This document shows positions 25,001-35,335 of a DNA stretch of 35,335 nucleotides, one piece after another. The notes beneath the pieces were generated by a model. That model did no database searches and was not told the DNA's origin. It saw only the letters and a program-made list of their open reading frames with translations. A program made the position numbers and the translations under genes. This stretch comes from Trypethelium eluteriae (Eukaryota). Location: the NCBI GenBank assembly GCA_051942245.1, contig JAVECL010000214.1, forward strand, positions 1-35,335, in the 5' to 3' direction. Each line of letters opens with the position of its first letter. Within the stretch, counting starts at the first letter, position 1.

Positions 25001-25722
25001 CCGTGATCAAAACCCTGTTCTTCTGCTCCGACTTGAGAGCCCTTGCCAGAGCCCAAGAGCTTAGCATCTGAATCCCAGTAGACTGCAAGAGCTCCAAGAG
25101 TTGCTAACTTATGAGTTGTACCAGAACTGTTCTGGATGAACGTTGGCTTCCAGTTCTCGTCCGTGCTGATGGCGCTGATCTCTTTCAATGTGACTCCCAC
25201 CGCAAATGGATGACCAGGATCGGCCACGGAGTCTTCATATCGAACGTGAACATTCTTTACGGAGACCTGTAGGTTGTCCACGATGGCAGTGACCAGACTC
25301 GCGGTGAAACTCTGGTTGCGTTGTTGTTCCTCTGGACTCATCCCTTCCGTATTTCTCTCCTTTAACAGCTCGGCACTGTCAAGTTTCTCCATCTTGAGCG
25401 CGTGAGCACGCTTCTCCTCCTCCTCTTCATTGTATTCTGTGTCCTCTTTTGGAGCTGCTAGAAGGAAGACATCCTCAATATTGACACGCACTGGCTTTCC
25501 TCTTAGATTGGACCACGGTATTTGAAGTGTGAGTTGACCCAGATGTCCTTCGACGACATTGAGTGGGAGATGCAACTGGTCGAGCGCCTCTCTTCGAAGC
25601 TCTAAGTTCCGAAGCTTGACGTCGCCAGACCATATGCCAACATTGAGCTGTTTAGGATCGAAATTCCGGACATACATGCCCAGGAATCGATTCAGCAAGT
25701 TGGCAACAAGTCCCTCAAGCAT
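16057..25722 (-). CDS. VPS13: Vacuolar protein sorting-associated protein 13 (lipid-transfer protein), ~3204 aa; exons 25722-18580, 18528-16057
   Basis: Chorein N-terminus MLEGLVANLLNRFLGMYV..LNVGIWSGDV; WEPLIE; TKVVTIAPRF; LGSADFLGNPVGLF; GFVKGVGKG; C-terminal PH-like region. One 51-nt intron GTAAGC(18579)..TAG(18529) joins EGEGK|YKLTKVV. Confidence 0.97.
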
Positions 25723-26090
25723 GATGATGGGCGGTGGCCGTCACCCACGGCCGGGAGAATTACCCTCTGAGGTCGGACAGGAGGAGAAGTAGGTATGTCT
25801 TCTTGCGCATTACTGAGTCATGGGTATTGTCTGCAGAAAACTGACGGCAAAGGGAAAGGAAATTGCTGGGTCAGTTTCAGGAATCGACTTCAAGTTTGAT
25901 ACCAGCATCAACGAAGGGAAGAGACAGGAGATCGTGATGAAGGGACGAAGCCTTGAAAGAGTCTGTTCTTCAGTGGCGAGAAGCCTTTTTCGTTGCTCAC
26001 TGAAATGATGTCGAGAAGTGGCATTCAGCCACATAAGGCGCGACCCAGAGCTCCAAGTTGCCAACACTTAGGTACCTCTACACGCGCAGA

Positions 26091-26114
26091 TGACGTCGTT
26101 CCCTCACACGTGAC
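26091..26114. promoter_or_regulatory. Candidate CRE-like (TGACGTC) and bHLH E-box (GTCACGTG on minus strand) sites in the divergent VPS13/DUF3429 promoter
   Basis: TGACGTC at 26091-26097 and CACGTGAC at 26107-26114, in a CGCG-rich patch roughly midway between the two ATGs. Motif match only. Confidence 0.35.
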
Positions 26115-26523
26115 TACCACGGCGCGTAACTGGCGCGCGGCTCTACTTTGCAGGCCTTCGTACGGCGCGAGAGCTTCCTGAAGCATCGAAAGTCATCAAG
26201 GTGCGACCTAGACGACGTGAGGTTTGAGCGTGGCCGATTGCTGATGCTAAGATCTTTGCGTTCAGTTGCAGGCTATAACGTATGCACTCTGTCCACCCCT
26301 GCGGCGATCCCCTGCCTCCGTCCGCGTCCCGAAAGTCAAAGCTGCAGAACTTCCTACAACAAGTGTCTTTGCATTCTGTTACCTAGAAAGGCCATTGAGG
26401 CGCAACTCTGCCAATTTGTACGTCAACTCTTTCACCACTGGCCTTATCCAGGCCTTCGTGACCTTATCGCTTATTATTAGACGTTCAAGGGTGCAGCTGT
26501 TGAACTCCATTGAGGCTTTCGAA

Positions 26524-27679
26524 ATGCTTCGCTCAGGAGCTCCACGCGCCATTCTTGGCTCTCTCACCCGCAATTCCGCGACTACCCCACGCTCAGCCTT
26601 CTTGACTCCTACCTCCAAGGGACAGAAGATCTCGAACCTTACTACACTATGTAGCAGACGCCCATTGGCTGCTGCAAGGCCTGTTACAGCTGCATTCGTT
26701 CGTTACCAAAACACGTCACAACCCCTCGACAAAGTAGACCGGAAACATGAAGCACAAGTAGGCAATGAGAAGCTGCAAGCGACGCCTGAGACGGTATCAG
26801 CAACCTCCTCGGTACATCCAGTACTCGGAGAGGTTGCAACGCCGGAGCAGGAACCCGACACTGACATGATGGCTGGAATTCGTTCTGATATGGTAAAGTC
26901 TTCGCCTTTTTATGCCAATTTCAGGCCTTCTTCACGACTAGCCCACTAAGCTATGCTCTCTCCAGAAAACCATCTTGGAGACCTTCTCGCTCAAAGACGT
27001 GCCTCCGGAGCCCTATTACCTTGGTATGGCTGGTGTTCTGCCTTATCTTGCAACTTCTTTGTCTACGGTATATTGTGCATGGGAGATCAACCATGCAGCT
27101 TCCACAGGAGTAGGTTTCCTGATGTCTGGACACACTGCGGAGCTTTTGTTGCACGTCCTTGAACCCTTGCAGATCGGATATGGCGCTGTGGTAAGTTTCT
27201 TCTTAATCCGTTCGTGCCAGCGTGCTGAACCCCCCAAGATCATCTCATTCCTTGGTGCTATCCACTGGGGCTTGGAATATGCTGGCTTTGGTGGTCACCA
27301 TGGATACAAACGATACGCTATTGGCGTTATTGCTCCCGCTGTGGCTTGGCCAACCATCCTCCTACCCGCAGAGTATGCACTCATTGCCCAGTTCTTGGCA
27401 TTCAACATGTTATATTATACCGATGCACGAGCAAGACGGTTCGGTTGGACTCCATCTTGGTACGGTGTTTACAGATTTGTGCTCACCTTCGTTGTTGGTG
27501 CAAGTATTGTCATTAGTTTGATTGGACGGGGCCAGGTTGTGGAGAATCTGGGCCGACTTCCCGGACCTGCAGACCGCGTAAAGGCCTTGAGGGACTCGCA
27601 GGTGGAAAGTCTTGAGAAGGAAGAGCAAGCCAGGGTAGCTATGGCGGCTCAAAAGGAAGAAGAGGAGGATTCTGAGTAA
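26524..27679 (+). CDS. DUF3429/TMEM69-like mitochondrial membrane protein, ~344 aa; exons 26524-26892, 26966-27190, 27239-27679
   Basis: R/S/T/A-rich presequence-like start MLRSGAPRAILGSL; GMAGVLPY and QIGYGAV|IISFLGAIHWGLE (DUF3429-type motif); several hydrophobic segments. Introns GTAAAG..CAG and GTAAGT..AAG. Confidence 0.85.
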
Positions 27680-28412
27680 AGGAGCTATCATACACAAGCG
27701 TAAATCCTCAAGGCTATCGGTGGCTATTGATGTTATGTAAATATATCTGTGGAACTGGCATTCGCCAAGACGGTCTCCCAACCCATTACCTGTACTCGGC
27801 TTTCCTGTTTTTCTCTTATACGCTAGTGAAGTCGCTTTTGAAACTTGAAATCCTGATAATGATAGAAGGGCCGTTCAGCTGCCAGCCCGTACTGTACCGT
27901 GGCTTGAGAATTCTCCGCCTATTATCGCCGAGTACTTATGCCAACGGAAAAAAGGCCAATGTTGCATAAATTTTCAACTAAATTATGAGAGGCTGCCGCT
28001 CCTTCCCTACCCCTCCCTCGCATCTCACGAGCATGCCGGATGATGTCTCGACACGACCCCGCGCTTTGCCCCTCTCACTACCTATTTTTGCGTCCACCCA
28101 GGCACCCCTCTGGTTGGATATCCCTCTTCAGCTTTGGTTCTTTAGAGTATACCTGGTCATTTCTCATTCTTAGTTGGTAATTACCTACGTTCAGATACCG
28201 AACCTTCTCTTCTTTTCCTACCCTTGGTTGGAGATCGTACTTAGACTTCATTGATCACCATTTGCAAGCATCTTACAGAGTGCCTCGCCTGAGGACGTGG
28301 TGCGTAGATGAGTACAATTTATCAAATACCAGACTAAACTCTAGGAGTACCCAGCTGCTGGACACTTCTTTCTCCAATATCACGGCACGCTTCTCTCAAG
28401 CGTTATTGGAAT

Positions 28413-30091
28413 ATGGCGAATGAAACGGATTTACAAAAATGGTTCATTGGTGCTATCGATCAGGGGACAACAAGCACAAGGTTTCTCATTTTCGACGGTA
28501 CTGGTAACCCAGTAGCTTCACACCAGATAGAATTTACGCAGATGTACCCACAATCAGGGTGAGTGACTAATAAACTTTCCTACCAACCGGTAGAGCGCTA
28601 AGCAATGCTATGTAGTTGGCACGAGCATAATCCCGAAGAGCTTGTAAGTTCGGTAGAAGAATGCATAGAAAAGGCCACCGAGGCTTTTGTTGGTCTTGGC
28701 CACCAAATTTCCGATATTAAAGCTATCGGAATCACGAACCAACGCGAAACTACCTTGGTATGGGACTGGGAGACTGGGGAGCCTCTCCATAACGCAATTG
28801 CTTGGCCCGACACCAGAACAAAAGGTCTAGTCCGCGAATTAAAAGGACAGGAAGGTGCAGACGATCTCCAACAAATCTGCGGGCTACCATTGTCCACATA
28901 TCCATCATCTGTGAAACTCTTGTGGCTTCTCCGTAATGTAGATCGAGTTCGGGATGCATACGAAAATGGACGGCTTGCCTTCGGTACACCAGACACATGG
29001 CTTCTCTACCGCTTGAATGGAGGCAAGAACAAGAACTTGTTCGTGACTGACACGACAAATGCCTCCCGAACAATGTTCATGAACCTGCATACCATTCAGT
29101 ACGACGAAAAAGTCCTCAAGTTCTTCGGAATAGACCGGACAAAGCTTCATCTTCCGAAGATAGTCCCTTCGTCCTGCCCAGACTCATTCGGAACCATTGC
29201 TCACGGAGCTTTAAAAGGTCTTCGAGTCACGGGTTGTCTCGGTGACCAATCGGCTGCGTTGGTAGGTCAACAAGGATTCTCTCCGGGTGCTGCGAAAAAC
29301 ACTTATGGGACGGGATGCTTCCTTTTGTACAATGTTGGGGAAAAGCCTGTTCTCTCTACGCATGGACTCTTGGCGACGGTTGCGTACGATTTTGGTCAGC
29401 AACGCAAGCCTGTTTATGCTTTAGAAGGTAGCATTGCCGTCGCGGGCAGTGCCGTTAAATTTCTTATGAACAACATGGGCTTTTTCACGCATTCGCATAA
29501 GATTAGCGATCTAGCAGCCACTGTAGACGATAATGGTGGCTGTGTCTTTGTGACTGCTTTCAGCGGTCTTTTTGCTCCTTACTGGATAGACGACGCCAAA
29601 GGAACCATCTTTGGCATCACTCAGTATACTCAACGAGGACATATCGCGCGAGCAACACTTGAAGCCACTTGCTTCCAGACGAAGGCCATCCTAGACGCCA
29701 TGGAAAAGGACAGCGGCCACAAACTATCCCTCCTAGCCGTGGACGGCGGAATGAGCAACTCAGAACTGTGCATGCAGGTAAGTGTCTCCATGACTCGTTT
29801 TCAGACCACACTCACGATGCCGTTATGCAGACACAAGCAAATATCATTGGAATTCCGGTGGATCGACCGGCAATGCGTGAAACAACATCCCTCGGGGCGG
29901 CAATAGCTGCAGGTTTTGCCGTTGGTGTCTGGAAAGAATTCGAGGAGTTGAAACAAATAAACCAAAAAGGCCGCACGAAATTCGAACCTAACATCGCTCA
30001 AGAAGACAGTGCAAAGATGTTCAAGAAATGGTCTCGTGCTGTAGAGATGTGTCGAGGCTGGTTGGATGCTAGCGAGTCAGGTGATTTTTGA
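28413..30091 (+). CDS. GUT1: Glycerol kinase, ~522 aa; exons 28413-28558, 28616-29777, 29831-30091
   Basis: [85 protein letters not shown]. Canonical introns GTGAGT..TAG and GTAAGT..CAG. Confidence 0.96.
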
Positions 30092-31781
30092 AGAACCATT
30101 GGTGCACTCACGCCAGCGCTAAGTGGCGCTTATGCACGATTACTGGCTTCGTCCTACTACCTGTAATCACGAGCTGTCTGTTGGAAGAAATGTGACAATA
30201 CCCGAATTGTGCTTGCTTGGTTACTTAAGGTCCCACATTAGTTTAAACCTTAGCCATTACGAATTCTTGACGATATTCGATATTATCTCTGGCATGCGGT
30301 CTCTTTTACTTCTTTCACACGATTGATCTCGATACTTGGTTTCAGAGCCGACGATCGAGACAGCATCCACACATACCATAGGTGATATCACTCGGCTACG
30401 CGGCTTTTCATATATATCTGCCAAGATCGAAGTCTCCAACAGTTTTAAGGTTACCGCATCAGCCGACGTTGGCCGATTACGTAATTTGGATCTTGCGTAA
30501 ACACTCCTCCAAACTTTTCTGACTTCAACATATTCAGATACGAGGATCGTGCGGCAAAGGATGGAAGGGTGCCCAACCCTCGGAAAGCCGAGAATCTCAA
30601 GGGCAGGGTTTCCGGGGCTCCGGCTGATGCACAAAAGCCGCAGACTATAGAGATACCCTGTACCGTCTTTGAGAACTGAGGAACTGACAAATTGATAACG
30701 TTCAGCACAGCCCAACTTCGCCCTAAATCCAAATGGCACCACCACTTGACCGCAAACGGAGCCTCCCACTCCGTGTGCTCCGTGTACGTCAGCCGCATCG
30801 CAGTCCTCGGCGGTGCCCTTGTCGTTGAGCATGTCTTGCTGAGCCTTCTGTAAAATCTGTCGTATACCTACCTGGGTATGTTGGATATACATCGTCCAGT
30901 CTACTTATGATGTAGTATGCCCCCACCCCAAGAGTCGCTAATTATGCCCGCTACAGATATCCCATGCAGAAATCCACTCTGGTCTCAAAAATTGCTTGGT
31001 GATGTCGGGTACGAGGATTAGATCCCGCACCCTCGTGAGCGGCTTTCACTCCCGGCGGAACGTTACAAACTACCGGCTTATTCGCGTGGGGTGAACATTA
31101 CCGCAGAAGGCTTAGAGCCGGTCGTCTTCAGGGAAACTAGTTTCCGGTGATAGGTTGCGGGAATTCTTGTGCCCTGGACCTGGGACTCATCACCGACTCG
31201 GCTGTCTCCCAGTACCCTGTACTCTATTCAACTAGGATGTCCCACATCGAACCCTGAAACGCTCTCTAGCAACAGCCCCAATAGCATAACTTCACCCACT
31301 TCGTCCATTCAAAAGTGGACCGATTTCGCATGGTCAATTCCAAGAATGTTATCCCGGGAAGGGGCCCTGACTGCAGCGAGACGGAACGTTTACGTTGATC
31401 ATGAGACTAACCGAGAATGCGAGTCACAAAGACTCGCTTGCCAAAGAAATGGCCAGTGTTGTGGCCCCCTCGTCATACAGAGCACCCGCTCTGGTCTATC
31501 TTAAAAGAGTCCGAACCAGCACTTAGTCTTCACTACCCTGATGTCTTGGTGCCTAAGTTCGCGAGCAACCGCATCTTGATATTTCTCGCTTGCTTGAACG
31601 TAATGTGCTACACGAGACCATCCCGCACGGCTCATCCCAGCTATCGTAGGGGATATAGAAGTGGAAAAGGGAGGTTGTATAAGGTGCAAATGCTCTAACC
31701 CGTGTCTTGCCATCCTTGACGACCAGGGCATCAGAATGATCCATACATGTTTCTTCTCGTCTTGCGTACTGGAGCGCTGGC

Positions 31782-31788
31782 TATATAA
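31782..31788 (+). promoter_or_regulatory. TATA box candidate for the microprotein gene
   Basis: TATATAA ~140 nt upstream of ATG 31930, followed by pyrimidine-rich sequence. Confidence 0.4.
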
Positions 31789-31929
31789 GTGAAGAAAGTC
31801 TGATGATTGTACCATCTTTTTTGCTTGTTCTTCCCAGGACGATGCCAGTCGTTGCAATCTACATTTCCAGCGTATCCTCTCTCAGTATCCTACATTGAAA
31901 ATTTCTCGTGTGTGCACTCAGAGGTCAGG

Positions 31930-32241
31930 ATGTGCGACTACACCCAAGTCGAATACCAATGCGGGCATATTCGCTATGTCGTCAAGTCAGTCCTATAGGC
32001 ATCCCCCATGGGTGCGTACTAAAAACTATATATAGGGCTTGGTGCATCAAATACCAAATGACACACAAAAGATGTCCAGCCAATGTTGTAGCGATGTAGG
32101 TATCATCGATTCGATGTTGGAAAGATAAGCTAACATTTCTTCTAGAGAATACCGGCTCAACGAAAAATGTGGTAGGCACAAACAGAACACCGCAAAACTT
32201 GAGATGACGCTCAGACTTGCAACACAGGAGACTGCAGGTAG
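31930..32241 (+). CDS. 51-aa Cys/His-rich microprotein MCDYTQVEYQCGHIRYVVKAWCIKYQMTHKRCPANVVAIEYRLNEKCGDCR; exons 31930-31985, 32036-32095, 32146-32171, 32228-32241
   Basis: Introns GTCAGT..ACTAAA..TAG (50 nt), GTAGGT..GCTAAC..TAG (50 nt) and GTAGGC..CAG (56 nt) give a 156-nt stop-terminated frame; A at -3 of the ATG. The 3' end could extend if AG|GTAGCA at 32238 is a fourth donor. Confidence 0.8.
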
Positions 32242-33082
32242 CATGGGTCGACGGTCTTTACTATTACACGGACCCTGTTTGACGCTTTCTTCGGTTTGGG
32301 TTCGGGCCGCCATTGGGCATCATCAGGAATAACAGGCCAGGCGTTAAGTGTCAACTGGGATTTGGAGACTAAAAATTGGGTTCACTCCTTCATGTGTGAT
32401 CAGGAAAGAAACATGATGTGCCGTGTTACACCAAGATCTGAGAGTAACTAGAACCCACTTTTATCCAGAATGAACATGTCTTTATCCGATGGACACGAGC
32501 GGCCTGCCGCAGAATGCGACCAACTAGCATGATTCGTTTTCCAGAGACAGTAATCTTAAATGCTCATGACAGTAGTAGTGCGCGCTTAGTCGGAACGGAA
32601 ATCTGCGTCTCTGAACCTTGCACCAAATAAACGTTGTAATTCGAATTTTAAGATTGTTGGAAAGGAGGAATCAGATAGGATATCCCAGGAGCCGCGAGGT
32701 TCTTGCGCAATCCTTAGCCTAACGGCCTAAACACACTGACCACCTCTTTAGCGCAGATCAGGTGAAGCTTGGCAACGGTCTTTTCGCAGGATAGGAGGAC
32801 TTTTCGGAAGCAGTCAACATGTCACCATGTCGTGCCTTCAGGAGCTGGTGCGGCGTTACAGACGGGACTGTGGCTGATACCAATCTTGCTTCGAGAAGCG
32901 CATTGCTGGGAATGCCGGCAGCTGGTCTCTGACCGATACTCTAGACTAGACCCGCTGTCTGTCCAGAGCGCAGTCGGAGCATATCGTAAGGACACGCTCT
33001 GTTGACCGCGCGAAAAAGTCTCCGCAGCGTGCGCAGTCCCTCGGGCAAATGCAACATCGGATAGAGAACCGAGGGTATCCTT

Positions 33083-34506
33083 ATGGCAGCTGAACTACCG
33101 CAAACCCAATTCACTGCTCTCGTCACGGGCGCGAACAGGTAAAGCTTCCGAGCACCGGTGCTACAACAAGTCTAGACTATCAGGCTAACAGCAAATCCTA
33201 CAGTGGATTGGGCTTCGCTATTGCCTGCCGCCTGATCACCGAGTTCCTCGAGACCCGCCCCCTTTCTGAAACCCTAATTCTAATCGTGACGACTCGGTCG
33301 ACGCGCAAAAGCGACGACACCGTCTCCAGGCTTCAGCTGCACGTCGACAGAACTGTTCGGAAGAGCCGCGGGCAGAGCTCGGAGAAGGAGCGACCGTACG
33401 AGTATGCGCGAATTAAGCTCAAGAGCGAAATTGTCGACCTTACCTCCATCATCTCTGTACAACAGCTGGCGCAGCGCCTGCAAGAATCGGCTCATAAAAT
33501 CGATACCCTCATTCTCAATGCTGGCATTGGTGGATGGACCGGAGTCAACTGGCTCAACGCTGTCTGGACCGTAAGTACAGACTGGGTTCATGCAACAACA
33601 TGGCCGACGATGAAAATTGCTGGAAAAGGATGGCTGGCAAAGCCACAACTGGCCGGTCAGGCGGACGGTAAGGCTACAACAAGCAGCGAGCAAAGGCAAG
33701 CTCCGGGCCAAGAAGATGTGGAGCTGCCACTAGGTGAAGTCTTTACTGCGAACGTATTTGGGCACTATCTTCTAGCCCACTACACCATGCCCCTTCTCTC
33801 CACCACAGCTGCAAACGGCATCGGCGGCAAAATCATCTGGATTTCAAGTATCGAAGCCCATGCGCGAGCTCTCAACCTTGACGACTTCCAAGCGCTGGAC
33901 TCGCATGAGGCATACGAGAGTTCCAAACGCGTCACCGACATTCTCGCCCTGACATACGGCATGCCCGCTACTCGACCATGGGTGTCGCAGTTCACCAGCA
34001 CCGTCAATGACAGCTCCGAACCAAAAAACACGTCACCTCCGAAGATGTACGTCACCCACCCTGGCGTATGCGGCACCGCGATCTTCCCGCTGCCCTACCT
34101 GCTCAACTTCCTCATGACCTTGACCTTTTACGTCTCCCGCTGGCTGGGCTCCCCTTGGCACACTTGCGATCCCTACCTCGGCGCTACCGCTGCAGTCTGG
34201 ATTGCGCTGACGCCGCAATCGCAGCTGGATGCGACGGAAGAGCGCGACGGTATTGGAAAATGGGGGGTGGCGACAGATCGGTTGGGCAATGAGAGGGTGG
34301 CCAAGACGGAAGTGGAGGGTTGGGGTTGGGGAGGGAGAGTCGGTGAGCCTAAAAGGAAGGGGAGGAAGAGGGGAGTGCAAGATTTGACCGAGGAGCAAAG
34401 AGAAGGGTTTGTGGAGCTGGGACGAGACGTTTGGAGGAGGATGGAAGAAATGCGGAATGAATGGGAAGAAAAGCTACCACCGGCGAGGTGGGGATTGAAA
34501 TTGTGA
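33083..34506 (+). CDS. ERG27: 3-keto-steroid reductase (SDR family, ergosterol pathway), ~452 aa; exons 33083-33138, 33204-34506
   Basis: LVTGAN|SGLGFAIACRL Rossmann motif across intron GTAAAG..GCTAAC..CAG; LIVTTRS, LILNAGIGGW, LGEVFTANVFGHY, YESSK catalytic motif, THPG, RWLGSPWH. Confidence 0.93.
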
Positions 34507-34534
34507 GGGATGGATGTGTAGATGTATAATATAG

Positions 34535-34560
34535 GATAGGATATGTAGATAGGATATGTA
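34535..34560 (+). repeat. 13-bp perfect tandem duplication (GATAGGATATGTA)x2 in the ERG27 3' UTR
   Basis: Read directly at 34535-34547 and 34548-34560; each copy ends in TATGTA. Confidence 0.8.
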
Positions 34561-35239
34561 ACATATAAAACGTTGGATACTTCGGGAACCTGCTCACTCT
34601 CTCGTCTCAGGATGGCGCTCATGTGTAATGGTGTAAAGGCCTTGTGCACCTTCTGTGACACACTGTAATTACCTATACATTATATCTGGCACGGGATTTT
34701 GTCATTCGGGAATGGGACGTCTGCGCACGGTGTCGCTTTGTTGTTTTACTTTGTCAAAAATTGGGTCTAATACACAACCGAGGACAGCTTGCAGCGAAAA
34801 CACCATTTCCAGTATGCTGGCTTCCGGTTTCACAAATGCTCCGGTCTCCAGGTTCCTGGTCTTTACTATCGCAGTGAGCTCAATATTGGCTAGTATTACT
34901 GACACGAAACACTTTTTCTTCATCCAAATCGTACCGCATTTATGGGGGTATGGGCAGTTATGGAGACTGCTCGTATGGCAAGTAAGTCAAACGCCACCTT
35001 CACGGAATAGATGCCCTGACTTTTCATTTATTTTGCTGTATTCATGCTGATAAGCTCCACAGCTATGCTACCTGAACTCCACAGAAGTACTCTTTGCGGC
35101 AATGACATTCTACAACCTCCGCATCGTTGAACGTCTCTGGGGGTCCCGCAAATTCGCCGTAAAGTCCCCCATTTTCCTATCCCCTTTCCTACAGACCCAT
35201 ACTACATAGTAATTTTGCTAAATAAACCTCCAGTCCTTC

Positions 35240-35335
35240 CTAATATCCACCACGCCATACACCCTCCTCCTCCCCCCACTCTTCCTCACCATCCTCATCC
35301 GACCACTCACCTTCTACCACCCCATCACCAACTAC
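35240..35335 (-). CDS. Possible 3' end of a gene entering from the right edge (acidic tail VVGDGVVEGEWSDEDGEEEWGEEEGVWRGGY*)
   Basis: 32 open codons from the window edge to TAG at 35242-35240, with E/D/G-rich composition typical of a C-terminal tail, followed by AT-richer sequence. No family can be assigned. Confidence 0.4.
   Translation of the reverse strand, partial: VVGDGVVEGEWSDEDGEEEWGEEEGVWRGGY

Noticed and set aside
26266..26523. 86-codon open frame upstream of the DUF3429 ATG starting at TTG
   Set aside because: No ATG, and an extension would bury the presequence that starts at 26524. Treated as chance, although non-AUG initiation is not excluded.
30257..30892. 211-aa minus-strand ORF and the overlapping 115-aa ORF
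   Set aside because: No recognisable domain or coding-like composition; not called without homology or expression evidence.
30582..31081. RNase P/MRP-like P4 halves (GGAAAGCCG ... ACAAACTACCGGCTTA)
   Set aside because: Lacks the conserved bulged U and other conserved regions; a 6-bp complement is expected by chance. An Rfam scan would settle it.
31694..31701. CTAACCC as a telomerase RNA template
   Set aside because: It does not extend to the ~1.5 repeats (TAACCCTAA) needed for a TTAGGG template.
33009..33015. SCB-like CGCGAAA upstream of ERG27
   Set aside because: Single 7-mer, probably within the 5' UTR; no convincing sterol-response element found either.
6157..34506. Apparent mitochondria/lipid theme (KGD1, VPS13, TMEM69-like, GUT1, ERG27) as a functional cluster
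   Set aside because: These are housekeeping genes from different pathways, interspersed with TFB1, SET and AKR. No backbone enzyme, cluster regulator or shared motif was seen.
15857..34506. Stop-codon readthrough to cryptic peroxisomal PTS1 in AKR, GUT1 or ERG27
   Set aside because: None has the TGA-CTA readthrough context, and ERG27's terminal LKL is not a canonical PTS1.
34655..35050. 131-aa plus-strand ORF after ERG27
   Set aside because: Non-ATG start, no motifs, lies in a convergent 3' region.

Overview
Gene-dense eukaryotic DNA from a filamentous ascomycete (Pezizomycotina; Dothideomycete-like is a guess), judged from short GT..CTRAY..YAG introns and conserved housekeeping genes. No mobile elements, RNA genes, CRISPR arrays or secondary-metabolite cluster are visible. 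Hand-spliced genes, left to right: a >=752-codon CM1/centrosomin-motif coiled-coil gene (minus, runs off the left edge, absent from the ORF track); a membrane-anchored GT-A-like protein; KGD1; TFB1; a SET-domain methyltransferase; an AKR7-like aldo-keto reductase; VPS13; a DUF3429/TMEM69-like mitochondrial membrane protein; glycerol kinase; a 51-aa Cys-rich microprotein split over four exons; ERG27; and a possible gene end at the right edge. The most interesting items are the four-exon microprotein, the hidden CM1 gene and the GT-like protein with an apparently substituted catalytic motif. I cannot support a novel multi-gene system. All gene models and family calls were made by eye and from memory of motifs, without database searches.
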